Source: a virus. Taken from it: a stretch of DNA of 64,000 bases. The notes under the pieces were generated by a model, which was not told the origin of the DNA, did no database searches, and worked only from the letters and a program-made list of their open reading frames with translations. Shown in pieces: positions 28,033 through 37,168 of this stretch (positions are counted from its first letter, which is position 1; every line of letters starts with the position of its first letter). Made by a program: the position numbers and the translations under genes. Location of the stretch: IMG/VR virus record IMGVR_UViG_3300025703_000002, positions 3,841-67,840 of that record; one strand, given 5' to 3'.

Positions 28033-28355
28033 GGTGGCCACATAGGTGGCCCATAAATCCAATCTTCGAAGGTATGAGAGGGTCCTGTGGTCATAACGGT
28101 TTACGTCACTGAAACAGATATCGAGAGCGGCCGGAAGTATACTCTCACGTCTTGTCCTATTGCGTTCGCCCTGTCTCGAATCACTAGAAAAAGGATTAGT
28201 GTCGGGGCGCGACGTTTTCGTGAAGTGGGGATGAGTACCGACTATCCCCTACCTGCCTCGGCAGTTAGTTTTATTGCTGCGTTTGATCTTGGGAAAGAGA
28301 TTCATCCGTTTTCCTTTAAGGTTAATATCTAGGTGGCCCCATAGGTGGCCCCATG
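28033..28355 (+). repeat. Two tandem pairs of GGTGGCC(a/c)CAT repeats flanking one ORF
   Basis: Copies at 28033, 28045, 28332, 28344. Confidence 0.75.
28087..28332 (+). CDS. Hypothetical protein
   Basis: VT..DI..G....CPIA.AL..FI..FD.G..P.SF small phage protein pattern. Confidence 0.65.
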   Translation: MVITVYVTETDIESGRKYTLTSCPIAFALSRITRKRISVGARRFREVGMSTDYPLPASAVSFIAAFDLGKEIHPFSFKVNI

Positions 28356-28538
28356 GCTTGGTAACGAAGATTTTCATGCCGCACATAGAAGCAATCTTCT
28401 CCGTAAAGACCCCGGATGGTACTCTAAGTTCTCGTGGTCTGAATCCACGGATCTGCCTTATCTTTGGCCGGTTTAATCGGGGGATCACGATAAGACTCTA
28501 TTAGCTAAGTTCCACCTAGGATTTAACAGGAGGGGAAG

Positions 28539-28769
28539 ATGGCACTATCCGTTGCGTCGACGGCCAACGACTACATGCAGGAATTATTCAAGACTCCGGC
28601 GAGGGCTATGGTCTTGTTTTTAGACGTGTCCAAAGATCTCCCGTGGAAAGACCGATTGCGTCTTCAAGTTCAGGTCAACACGGTGTCTAAGTGTCTCTCG
28701 TGTATCCCTGCCGACGATCTTGTTCCGGCCATAAAATGGCTTCGGGCAATGTCCGGCCAGAATGCCTAA
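28539..28769 (+). CDS. Hypothetical protein
   Basis: RBS AGGAGG. Confidence 0.6.
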   Translation: MALSVASTANDYMQELFKTPARAMVLFLDVSKDLPWKDRLRLQVQVNTVSKCLSCIPADDLVPAIKWLRAMSGQNA

Positions 28770-28904
28770 GGAGGTTTGAATGTTGTCGGATAATGATTTG
28801 GTTTGCGCCGTCTTCGCTGTTCTAGTCATCCCTTTGTGCATTCTAATTGGATACGTAGCCTACCTAGATCACCGCCATTTAAGGTGAACCTAAAGGAGAA
28901 TCTA

Positions 28905-29222
28905 ATGCAAGTCTCGGATCTTAAAGTCGGCGACAAGTTCACTTTTGAGTATACCGTGAAGTGCTGCCACGACGCCGGAGTCCGTTGCGAGGCCTCGAAT
29001 GGGGATATCCTCCGATTTAGCAAATATGAAAGAATCCATTCCCGGACGTATCGGGCCTCGATTCCGATAAAAGTCGGGGATATCGTAAGAAGCGCTCATC
29101 TTTGTCAGAGTCAGCGGTACGAGGTTCTCGGAATTAACGGGACACTTGTCTGGATACGCGATCTTAACACCTCCCAGTATCATACGGACCATCTAGTGGA
29201 CTTTACGCTTGACAACTCTTGA
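28905..29222 (+). CDS. Tandem SH3/KOW-like protein (paralogue family member 1)
   Basis: VSDLKVGDKF..IKVGDIV..YEVLGI.G..VWIR. Confidence 0.6.
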   Translation: MQVSDLKVGDKFTFEYTVKCCHDAGVRCEASNGDILRFSKYERIHSRTYRASIPIKVGDIVRSAHLCQSQRYEVLGINGTLVWIRDLNTSQYHTDHLVDFTLDNS

Positions 29223-29262
29223 AAAGTATGATACCCTATTTATACCTTCCAAGGGGTATACC
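29209..29262 (+). promoter_or_regulatory. Promoter module copy 1
   Basis: TTGACA-N17-TACCCT (TGn) plus TATACC..GGTATA hairpin; similar to the module at 39423. Confidence 0.65.
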
Positions 29263-29403
29263 TAGGTTCCCATACCTTGGATTCTAACAGGGGGTAATTG
29301 CAAATGTATAAAGATGCTATCGTAGCTGTTTGTCTAGGACTATTTGCAGGCTTGATGACTTACGCCATAATCTCTATTCTCGTGCATTAAATAGGGGATT
29401 GAA

Positions 29404-29676
29404 ATGCTACACAAGTTTTACGTGGGGTCCCGCGAGACGGGCATTGCATGTATGCAGATCTACGGGGATTCGAAGAAAGAGGCTATCCAACGTCTAATCA
29501 AAATGACAGGCGGGGAGATCCCCTTTGTCTACTTCAATTCAGTTAATGGGGTTGACGTGGTTTCCGATGTACTCCACGAGGAATCTTCGGTAACAGCCCT
29601 AGAGCCGACTCCTCACGCCTATATCTGTCAACAAGCGATGAGGCAGGAACGGAACTCTCTAAAAGAGATTCTTTAG
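29404..29676 (+). CDS. Hypothetical protein
   Basis: RBS AGGGG. Confidence 0.55.
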   Translation: MLHKFYVGSRETGIACMQIYGDSKKEAIQRLIKMTGGEIPFVYFNSVNGVDVVSDVLHEESSVTALEPTPHAYICQQAMRQERNSLKEIL

Positions 29677-29837
29677 GAGCCTCAAATGAACCTTCAGGAA
29701 TACCTTAAGGCAGACCGGCAATGGCCTAGATATCTGAGGATATCCCACGCCCGGCATAAGCTTAAGATCTCTGAGACCGTCGAGGACAAGATTTTCTGGA
29801 ATGCCGTCCTTTTGGCAAATTACAGACATTAACAGTT

Positions 29838-29956
29838 TGGTGCGGCCTCGTCGGGAGGGGCGTGGTTCGAGTCCACGGGAAGCTTGGAGGGTTGGCGGTT
29901 CGATTCCGTCACTGTAGGGATGGTCCCATAGAGGTTCGATTCCTCTCCCGCACCAA
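29838..29956 (+). ncRNA. tRNA-like RNA with three T-arms and no anticodon arm
   Basis: TGGTGCGG/CCGCACCA closing stem; three 5-bp stems with TTCGA(G/T)T 7-nt loops. Confidence 0.75.
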
Positions 29957-29966
29957 TTTATTATAG

Positions 29967-29992
29967 GAGCCCTTGTGGGCTCTTTTCTTTTT
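29967..29992 (+). terminator. Rho-independent terminator
   Basis: GAGCCC-ttgt-GGGCTC followed by TTTTCTTTTT. Confidence 0.8.
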
Positions 29993-30004
29993 ATAGGAAA
30001 ATAA

Positions 30005-30916
30005 ATGGAAGCAGACGTTACCGGGGAGGCAGTCTCGTCTGCCTTAAAGTTCCTCGAACAGGATTCAAAGAAAAGTGGAGCACTAAACCGGTGGTCTTTT
30101 GTTCATCCCAGTGGAAAAAGATTTGATCGTTCCGGGCCGTGTTTTTGGGAACTTAGACCTGAAGCAAACAATCGTGAGGTGTCGCCCCCTACCGGATGTC
30201 TCACTGTGACCTATTCGGGGGGACACGGCGCGTATTCAAACGGAGTTAAGTACGAATATGGCGACGACTCCAAAGATTTTGTTGAGTTTCTTGTCGGTCC
30301 TGAGAGTCCGTGGAGATCTTCATTAGTTCCGTTTCTGGTTTTTAAAGATCCTAAGAAGATCTTTGACGATCGCGGGTTTATCTTCGGAAATCTCTCCGAG
30401 ATTAACTTCCTCGTCTTAAAGAACTTCTTGATTGCGACACGGATGTGCATGGAGTTCCCGAATAAGTTCCAGGTGATGAAGACTTTGATCTCTAAAGGAG
30501 TCTCAAGATTTGACTCTTATATTACGGCTCAGAGCTTCTCGACAGTAGGCGGGACATTTAACGTGTCATATCAATCTGGACACGAACCCTTCTCGTCCCA
30601 CGAGATGGCACTCCTTATCGATCGACTTCGATCAGGAGAGGTTAACGGGACACACAAATCTTTTTATGGTGGCAAGGAGATTAAGACTGTTTCGTGTTTT
30701 CTGTCATTTTCGTCGCCGTTTTATTCCGAGATCCCTCGGCAGATAAAATCGATCTATGACGTGTCCTCGCCTTCTCTAGAGGTTCTTCTTAAATACGCCA
30801 AGTCCCTTAGTGATAATGTCCCGGAAGTTTCCGGAACACCAGAGCCACGAAAGAAGCGAATGCCTGTCTGTATCAATCGAGGGCCCTTCGAGGCTAAAGA
30901 GGAGATTGACTTTTGA
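30005..30916 (+). CDS. Hypothetical protein heading the amidoligase cluster
   Basis: 303 aa, coupled to the amidotransferase gene. Confidence 0.65.
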   Translation: MEADVTGEAVSSALKFLEQDSKKSGALNRWSFVHPSGKRFDRSGPCFWELRPEANNREVSPPTGCLTVTYSGGHGAYSNGVKYEYGDDSKDFVEFLVGPESPWRSSLVPFLVFKDPKKIFDDRGFIFGNLSEINFLVLKNFLIATRMCMEFPNKFQVMKTLISKGVSRFDSYITAQSFSTVGGTFNVSYQSGHEPFSSHEMALLIDRLRSGEVNGTHKSFYGGKEIKTVSCFLSFSSPFYSEIPRQIKSIYDVSSPSLEVLLKYAKSLSDNVPEVSGTPEPRKKRMPVCINRGPFEAKEEIDF

Positions 30917-31560
30917 AGAACAGTGTTTACGTCGTCGATGGAGATTATCTTATCGAGAAGATGTTTCGGAAACGTGGGTACTTCCTTACAGACACCCCTG
31001 ACGGGGCGGAAATCCTAGTTTTTACTGGAGGTCATGACGTGACTCCTAGTTATTACGGAATGGGCCGTCATCCGACTACGTCTAACTCTGAGGCCAGAGA
31101 TTCAAGGGAGAAGACGTTCTTTCTCGAATCAGAGGGAAAACTTCGTGTCGGAATCTGCCGGGGATCTCAGTTCCTTTGTGTAATGAACGGCGGAACGCTG
31201 TATCAAGACGTTGATGGCCACTGTAACGGCCCACATAATCTGATTTATACAGACGACACCGGGAAAGACTCCGTCATCACGGTCACGAGTACACATCACC
31301 AGATGATGCGACCAAGCTATGCTGCCGATCCTAACGGTGGCTACAACTACCGTCTTTGGGGTTTTGCTGCTGAAAGTTCGTATCGCAATTTTGAACCCCG
31401 AGACCACCAAAAACCGACTCAATCCGAGGAAGGTCCTGACTCGGAGATCGTATTTTTCCCCGAGACTCGTTCGTTATGCTTTCAGGGCCATCCTGAGTAT
31501 GACCTTAAATCCTGTGAAGACCTTTTCTTCTCCTGTCTTAATCGCGCCCTTTCGTATTAA
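30913..31560 (+). CDS. Class I glutamine amidotransferase (peptidase C26-like)
   Basis: FTGGHDV.P..Y, GICRGSQ, STHHQMM, FQGHPE triad. Confidence 0.9.
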   Translation: MKNSVYVVDGDYLIEKMFRKRGYFLTDTPDGAEILVFTGGHDVTPSYYGMGRHPTTSNSEARDSREKTFFLESEGKLRVGICRGSQFLCVMNGGTLYQDVDGHCNGPHNLIYTDDTGKDSVITVTSTHHQMMRPSYAADPNGGYNYRLWGFAAESSYRNFEPRDHQKPTQSEEGPDSEIVFFPETRSLCFQGHPEYDLKSCEDLFFSCLNRALSY

Positions 31561-31575
31561 TCAAAGGATTTCTGA

Positions 31576-32880
31576 ATGTGTGGACTTACAGCAGCATACG
31601 CGTCTGATCTTCGTTTGAATGAGCTTGGAGTTCTTAGGACTCTTCTCCAATTGTCTGATTTCCGGGGCGGCTACGGGGCAGGTGAAGTTTCGGTTAACAA
31701 GAAAGGCGAGATTCATTTCATTAAAGATCATTTCTCTGCCTATGATCTTGTGAATACAAAGTCATTCAACGACCGAATGAAAGAAGATATCTCCCTCGTC
31801 ATAGGTCATTCTAGATACCCTACAAAAGGCAAGGAGAATCGGACTAACGCCCATCCCCACAGTACCGCAAAAGTCATCGGGGTCCATAACGGGACGATGC
31901 AGGCCGTGATGGAGAAGCCTGTGACGTCTACCGAGAGCGATTCAAAGACTCTCTTCGAGGCTGTATCTAATTTTGGCATCGAGGAGGTTATCTCAAAATC
32001 TCCTGGGGCCTATGCGTTAATGTGGGTCGATAAAGAAGCCAAAGAATTCAGGATTCTCAGAAACCACGAGAGACCACTTTTCTTCGCCAAGATTAAACCG
32101 TTTGTGAGTTCAAAAGACAATGAATTCCGAAGTCTCTTTCTCTCGTCTGAGAAACGTATGCTTCAATTCGCTCTTGACCGACACGGCCTTCTCAACGAAG
32201 CGGTTCTAGGAGAGGTTATCACGAACAAGATGATTTGCTTTCCTCTGTGTCCCGAACCAGGGTTTCTACCCGAACCTACGGCAGTAATTATCCCAGAGTG
32301 TAGAAGGCACTACTATTCGAAGTCGTCAGAATGGTATAAAGATCGTGAATGGGATTCAACGACGCATTCGTTTATAGAACACAACGAAAATCGAATGACG
32401 TGGCGAGACGGTCAATTCTATGACGTAACTCCGGCCGGTGTCGAGATTCCTTGGTCGAAGCAGAAGACTGCTGCTAGTCCAGTTACTGGCGCGGGGAAGA
32501 ACGTCGTCCTATTCGGTTCTAAGGCGGATACGGCAATTCCGACCCCTCTTGAGAAGGAGATTCTTAGAAAGCAAAAGCTTCAATTTCCCGACGATGCAAA
32601 AGTCTCTCTTCCAGACATTGGAGTCGAGACAGATTTCTCAGACGAGTCGATTCTCCTTAAAGAGACTTCTAAGGGAAATTGGGTGGCGTTGAGGGTATAC
32701 CAAGAATACCTCGAATCAGGATGCTCGTGGTGTTCTAAACCGTTGTCTCTCCACGAGGCGAGGAATAAGAAAACAGCTCCGCACTTCTTCAGTAAGGCTG
32801 AATTTTTGTGCTCAGACTGCCAGAAATCCGAGGATGCTTCGTACCTAGTCGGACTTGATTATACAAAGGCCCTTCAATGA
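31576..32880 (+). CDS. Class II (Ntn) glutamine amidotransferase with C-terminal Zn finger
   Basis: MCGL start, IGHSRYPT.G..NAHP, GVHNGT, DS, GAYAL, RN.ERPL; CSWC..CSDC. Confidence 0.9.
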   Translation: MCGLTAAYASDLRLNELGVLRTLLQLSDFRGGYGAGEVSVNKKGEIHFIKDHFSAYDLVNTKSFNDRMKEDISLVIGHSRYPTKGKENRTNAHPHSTAKVIGVHNGTMQAVMEKPVTSTESDSKTLFEAVSNFGIEEVISKSPGAYALMWVDKEAKEFRILRNHERPLFFAKIKPFVSSKDNEFRSLFLSSEKRMLQFALDRHGLLNEAVLGEVITNKMICFPLCPEPGFLPEPTAVIIPECRRHYYSKSSEWYKDREWDSTTHSFIEHNENRMTWRDGQFYDVTPAGVEIPWSKQKTAASPVTGAGKNVVLFGSKADTAIPTPLEKEILRKQKLQFPDDAKVSLPDIGVETDFSDESILLKETSKGNWVALRVYQEYLESGCSWCSKPLSLHEARNKKTAPHFFSKAEFLCSDCQKSEDASYLVGLDYTKALQ

Positions 32881-33683
32881 TTCTAACGATCGGTGCAGAC
32901 CCTGAGGTTTTTGTTCGTCTCGAGGATAAATTCATATCCGGGCATACATTTCCGTGCGGCTCAAAAGAATTTCCAAGGAAATTGGATTCAGGATCGGTTC
33001 AAGTCGATGGCCTTGCTTTAGAGTTCAACGTTCTTCCCTCAGAGACTCGTGGAGAATTCGTAGACAATACGATTAAAATCTATCGAGACTTAAACAGTCT
33101 CGTGAAGTCTATTAATCCCCGAGCATCGCTAGAGGCAATTCCTACGGTTGTCTTTGGTGAAGAGTACCTGAAATCTCTCCCTAAGGAGGTTTCTCGCCTC
33201 GGGTGTAATCCAGATTTTAATGCGTATACGATGTCAGAGAATCCAGTTCCTGACTCTGAGCAACCGTTTCGGACAGGAGCTGGGCATGTCCATATCGGAT
33301 TTACAAAAGATGCCGATCCGAGTTCGATGGAGCATTTACAGGTATGCTCTGAATTAACGAAAGAACTCGATTACTTTCTAGGTCTTCCGTCTCTTGCATG
33401 GGATTCTGATGAAAAACGAAGATCCTTGTATGGAAAGCCAGGAGCTTTCAGACCAAAATCTTACGGAATGGAATACCGCGTCTTGTCTAACGCGTGGCTT
33501 CGGTCCAGATCTACAATGGAAATTGTTTACGATCAAACGGTCAGATGTGTCGCTAGAAAGTTTTCTTCGAAGAAGAAGCCTCTTTATGAGAAGTACGGAG
33601 ACCTAGCGAAGACTCTGATAAATGAAAATCAGGTCTCGTGGATGAAGGGATACCAAAAAGTTTCTAACGATGTTTTTAATTAA
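32877..33683 (+). CDS. phiEco32-like COOH-NH2 ligase type 2
   Basis: IGADPEVF, DG.ALEFN, GC.PDFNAY, RT..GHVHIG, RR.LYGKPG.FRPK.YG.EYR.LSN. Confidence 0.9.
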   Translation: MILTIGADPEVFVRLEDKFISGHTFPCGSKEFPRKLDSGSVQVDGLALEFNVLPSETRGEFVDNTIKIYRDLNSLVKSINPRASLEAIPTVVFGEEYLKSLPKEVSRLGCNPDFNAYTMSENPVPDSEQPFRTGAGHVHIGFTKDADPSSMEHLQVCSELTKELDYFLGLPSLAWDSDEKRRSLYGKPGAFRPKSYGMEYRVLSNAWLRSRSTMEIVYDQTVRCVARKFSSKKKPLYEKYGDLAKTLINENQVSWMKGYQKVSNDVFN

Positions 33684-33696
33684 TTAAGGTCTCAAA

Positions 33697-34896
33697 ATGG
33701 CGATAAAGAAACTTCGGCCCCGAGTAGATTGGGACCCTTTTAGACCGGCCCCACAGCCGGCCGGAAATCCAAACTTTCAAGCTCCCATAGGCGGTTGGAT
33801 TCAGCAGGTTCCTGTTCCTCTTGACGATCCTAACCCGTTCGGGATAGAAGATGTCCAACGGCAACTAAATGCTTATGTGGATAGAGTTTTTGAATACCCG
33901 GCAATTCATCCCCAGGCTCATTTTCAGATCCACGAAGACGAAGATCTAGAAAATCCAGGTGATCCTGGTCCATGCCCTGAATTTCTTATCCGTCCTGAGG
34001 GGTTGTCTCTAGACGAGACGATGGTTCTTAGTGCGTGGAAGAAGGACAGACAGAGGTATCTAGTTGATCTCTCGAAACAACCTGAGCCCCTTCGTGACGA
34101 CTACCACCGAGAAGAGAACTGGAAACGGGTCTATAACGACTGGCTTCTAGCGGGGGGTCAAGTCCGTCCGCCTCAAAGGATCTCTGATCCGGGTATGATT
34201 AAGAGACTAAAAGCCCGTGGGGAAGCAACTCCAAGATTCTCTTTACCGTATACCCCCGAGGAAATGAGACTTCGTCTCCGTGGGACTATCGTAACGATTG
34301 ACGACCGACCGTGTTATGTCTCAGAGGCTGGAGGGAACGTTCGCGACTCTGAACATAATGTTGTCGCTCCGGGATTGTATGTTATGTACTCGGATACAAC
34401 AGTCTCTTGTCTCGTTCCTCGTCTCCACGTCCTAGACTTTCGGCCGTTTGAGCCAGGGTATATTCAGAGGCATCCAGAGTTTGCTGAATTCTATCTGCGA
34501 CATCCCGCAAGAATCTATCGTCAAGGAATCCATCCAGAGAACTCTCAGATGCTTGATGCCGTAACAGGGTATTCTAAACCAATACCGTCTCGTTCCGGAG
34601 AGATCTGCAAGCTCTTAAAGGCGTTCGAGGATCGAAATGAAACATCGAATCTAACGAAAGAGACTATAGCGAGACTAACGGAGATCTATAAACAGACCTC
34701 TGGGACACTCTGCCCGTCTGCCCGATTGTCTAATAAAGTCGCGGCGACGATTAAGGATAAAACCCAGAAGATTCATGTCCTATTTAAAGGGGTATCTTGT
34801 TGTGTCTTTGATTCTGAGAGAAATCCTCGATTTGATGAGAACTTCTGCTCGTTGCCGTCGGTTCGAGAAGAACTCTGGTCCGTCGGGATTAAATAA
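33697..34896 (+). CDS. Hypothetical protein within amidoligase cluster
   Basis: Pro/acidic N-terminus, globular C-terminus (RL.GT.V..D.PCYV, PGY, RQG). Confidence 0.65.
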   Translation: MAIKKLRPRVDWDPFRPAPQPAGNPNFQAPIGGWIQQVPVPLDDPNPFGIEDVQRQLNAYVDRVFEYPAIHPQAHFQIHEDEDLENPGDPGPCPEFLIRPEGLSLDETMVLSAWKKDRQRYLVDLSKQPEPLRDDYHREENWKRVYNDWLLAGGQVRPPQRISDPGMIKRLKARGEATPRFSLPYTPEEMRLRLRGTIVTIDDRPCYVSEAGGNVRDSEHNVVAPGLYVMYSDTTVSCLVPRLHVLDFRPFEPGYIQRHPEFAEFYLRHPARIYRQGIHPENSQMLDAVTGYSKPIPSRSGEICKLLKAFEDRNETSNLTKETIARLTEIYKQTSGTLCPSARLSNKVAATIKDKTQKIHVLFKGVSCCVFDSERNPRFDENFCSLPSVREELWSVGIK

Positions 34897-34915
34897 TTCC
34901 TAATAGGAGGTTCGG

Positions 34916-35788
34916 GTGTTTTCTGACGAGATCAAACTCCAGATGTTTAAACAGCCATGGATTGAAACGGTACAACGTGGGGCTCAAGAGGGAGAACTCA
35001 GACCCCTCCACGAGTATGACAAGGATCGTCTCTTCGGTATCGAGATTGAACTAGAAGGATTGGAATTCCCTCAAAGAGTCCCCGGATGGATGGCGCATAA
35101 CGAGGGGAGTCTCCGGGGCGGTGGAATCGAGTACGTCACAGACGGTCCCGTGACATTCGAAGGAGTCCATAAATACCTGAAGTCTTTGAACTCAAAACTT
35201 GTCGCAAACGGGTCGAAAATCCGAGAGACATACAGGGCGAGTACCCATATCCACTATAACGTTCAGAATAGAACGTTAGACCACATTCTGAAATCGATAA
35301 TCGTCTTTATGTGTTACGAGCCGTTGATCTGCGAACTCTGTGGTCCGGAAAGAAATGGTAATCTTTTCTGCCTTCCGACGTATGACTGTGGAGACATGAC
35401 GTTATGGCTTCAGGAGTTTTTAAAGAAACTTTCGGGCCCCGCAAAGACTCTTGTACCATTTAGATATCTTCAGAGAGGGAAGTATTCGGCACTTAATACC
35501 GACCCGTTGACTAAATTTGGGACGCTTGAATGTCGAGTCTTCCCGAGTACAATTAATGTCGATGCGATCTATTCCTGGTGTTCGTGGCTTCATGAGATTC
35601 TGGGGCAGCCTATTGATAGTGTCTCAGACTACGTGAGGTCTCTAGAGGGCTCTGCGTTTAATCCCAGAGGAGAGATCTCTAGGATCTTCAAGGACGCTGA
35701 ACTCCCCGGACACGCAAGGTCTTTGATCGGATTCGGAACAGAGCAGGCGTGGCCTCTAGCCATGGTATACGAAAGGGCTTTGAAATGA
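34916..35788 (+). CDS. Putative amidoligase (Amidoligase_2-type)
   Basis: FGIEIELEG, GSLR..G.EYV, R.STHIH.NV, KYSALN, FGTLE.R. Confidence 0.88.
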   Translation: MFSDEIKLQMFKQPWIETVQRGAQEGELRPLHEYDKDRLFGIEIELEGLEFPQRVPGWMAHNEGSLRGGGIEYVTDGPVTFEGVHKYLKSLNSKLVANGSKIRETYRASTHIHYNVQNRTLDHILKSIIVFMCYEPLICELCGPERNGNLFCLPTYDCGDMTLWLQEFLKKLSGPAKTLVPFRYLQRGKYSALNTDPLTKFGTLECRVFPSTINVDAIYSWCSWLHEILGQPIDSVSDYVRSLEGSAFNPRGEISRIFKDAELPGHARSLIGFGTEQAWPLAMVYERALK

Positions 35789-36555
35789 TCCTTCATTCAT
35801 ACAATCGGGGGGAGGGTATAAAAGATCTCAGAGCTGCCTTAGAGGCCCGTGGAGAGCACACGGTAGTCCTAGACCGTAAACCGATGCGGAAGCGGCCTAT
35901 GGTCGTCTGCTGGGGCTCTAAACTTATTGCCTACAACCGGGAAGGATGTTTGTTTCTCAATCCCCCAGAAGTTACGAAGGTTTTCAGCAACAAGTTGTCT
36001 TTCTTTCGCCACGTCGAGAAGAAGTTCGAGAACGATCCGTATCCTTGTCCGGAGTGGACAACTGATCCCGAGGTCGCTAAGAACTGGCCGGTGACTGTTG
36101 CTCGTCACGTCATAGACGGATCAGGAGGCGAGGGGATCGAGCTTGTTGAAGTCGGTCAGGAGATTCCTAAAGCCCCGTTGTATACGAAGTATCAGAAGAA
36201 GACTTCTGAATATCGTGTCCATGTCTTTAAGGTTCAAGGGGCCTTCGAGATTCGACACATTCAGAAAAAGGTCGCCAAGGACAATGGAGAAGAACACAAT
36301 TTTAAGATTCGAAACCTAGAGAACGGGTTTGTTTTCCAACAGAATAACTTCGAGACCCCAGAGGCCGTGACAAAGTTGTCAACAGAATTTATGAAAGACT
36401 ACTTTCCGGAGATTGACTTCGTGGCTCTAGACGTGATATACTCTAAGAAAGAGAATCGTGCCTTTGTCCTTGAAGGGAATACTGCACCGGGGCTTCAAGG
36501 GAAAACTGTCGAAATCTATGTAGACTATCTCCTAGAGAGAAAGAGGATGCGATGA
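35785..36555 (+). CDS. ATP-grasp ligase
   Basis: NKL, GSGGEGI, LYTKY..EYRVHV, IRN..NG, DF.ALDVI, LEGNTAPGL. Confidence 0.88.
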   Translation: MILHSYNRGEGIKDLRAALEARGEHTVVLDRKPMRKRPMVVCWGSKLIAYNREGCLFLNPPEVTKVFSNKLSFFRHVEKKFENDPYPCPEWTTDPEVAKNWPVTVARHVIDGSGGEGIELVEVGQEIPKAPLYTKYQKKTSEYRVHVFKVQGAFEIRHIQKKVAKDNGEEHNFKIRNLENGFVFQQNNFETPEAVTKLSTEFMKDYFPEIDFVALDVIYSKKENRAFVLEGNTAPGLQGKTVEIYVDYLLERKRMR

Positions 36556-36737
36556 CTCCAGAGGAAGAATCGTCTAAATGGAAAGGCCCCTTTCCGGCCT
36601 ATTATGCCCAGGATGACCCAGACGAGATGGAACGCTTCTTCTGGATTGGCCCATTTGACCCAGATCTCCAGGAGGATGCAATAATTTATACATTTTCGGA
36701 CAGGAAGTCTGAATTGATTGAGGCCTTAAAAGACTAG
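36552..36737 (+). CDS. Small acidic hypothetical protein
   Basis: Coupled to the ATP-grasp gene. Confidence 0.45.
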   Translation: MTPEEESSKWKGPFPAYYAQDDPDEMERFFWIGPFDPDLQEDAIIYTFSDRKSELIEALKD

Positions 36738-36768
36738 AAATTTTGTTATCAAACAAGAAAGAAGAAAA

Positions 36769-36999
36769 ATGTCTCGCTGCTACATCTGCGATGTGAGTCC
36801 TGGAAATCCTAGCATTTATCGAATTTCGAAATCACGTCCTTCGTTGTCTTTTGATTCAAAACGTCTCGCCTGGGTATGCTCTGAGTGCGCAGAACCTGAC
36901 ACTTCTATAAATCTTGCTGATCTTATCCTGTCTGACGAAGACTTCCTAGAGCCTAAAGAACCTCCTAAGGAGCCTGATAATGGAAATACGGGTAGGTGA
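36769..36999 (+). CDS. Small Zn-ribbon protein
   Basis: RCYICD..CSEC. Confidence 0.55.
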   Translation: MSRCYICDVSPGNPSIYRISKSRPSLSFDSKRLAWVCSECAEPDTSINLADLILSDEDFLEPKEPPKEPDNGNTGR

Positions 37000-37168
37000 C
37001 CACGTCTCCGATTCTAGATCCTCTTTTCATGGCAAGGTTATTCGGAATGGCCGAAAATTTACGACCTTTCTTGCCGGGGGTTATGGGATTGTCCGGATTA
37101 AGACAAGAGACTTAGATCGAAATGCTCCTAAAGGCTCGGCAACCGTGCCCATGCGGCCAGTCAAGTGA
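36980..37168 (+). CDS. Small SH3/KOW-like protein
   Basis: IRVGDHV...GKV; RBS AAGGAG. Confidence 0.45.
   Translation: MEIRVGDHVSDSRSSFHGKVIRNGRKFTTFLAGGYGIVRIKTRDLDRNAPKGSATVPMRPVK

Noticed and set aside
28033-28355. CRISPR array
   Set aside because: Repeats are 11-12 bp and adjacent, with no spacers; no array was seen anywhere in the window.
29838-29956. Canonical tRNA gene or array of three tRNAs
   Set aside because: T-arms are only about 35 nt apart, there is no 7-nt anticodon loop, and there is a single acceptor-like stem.
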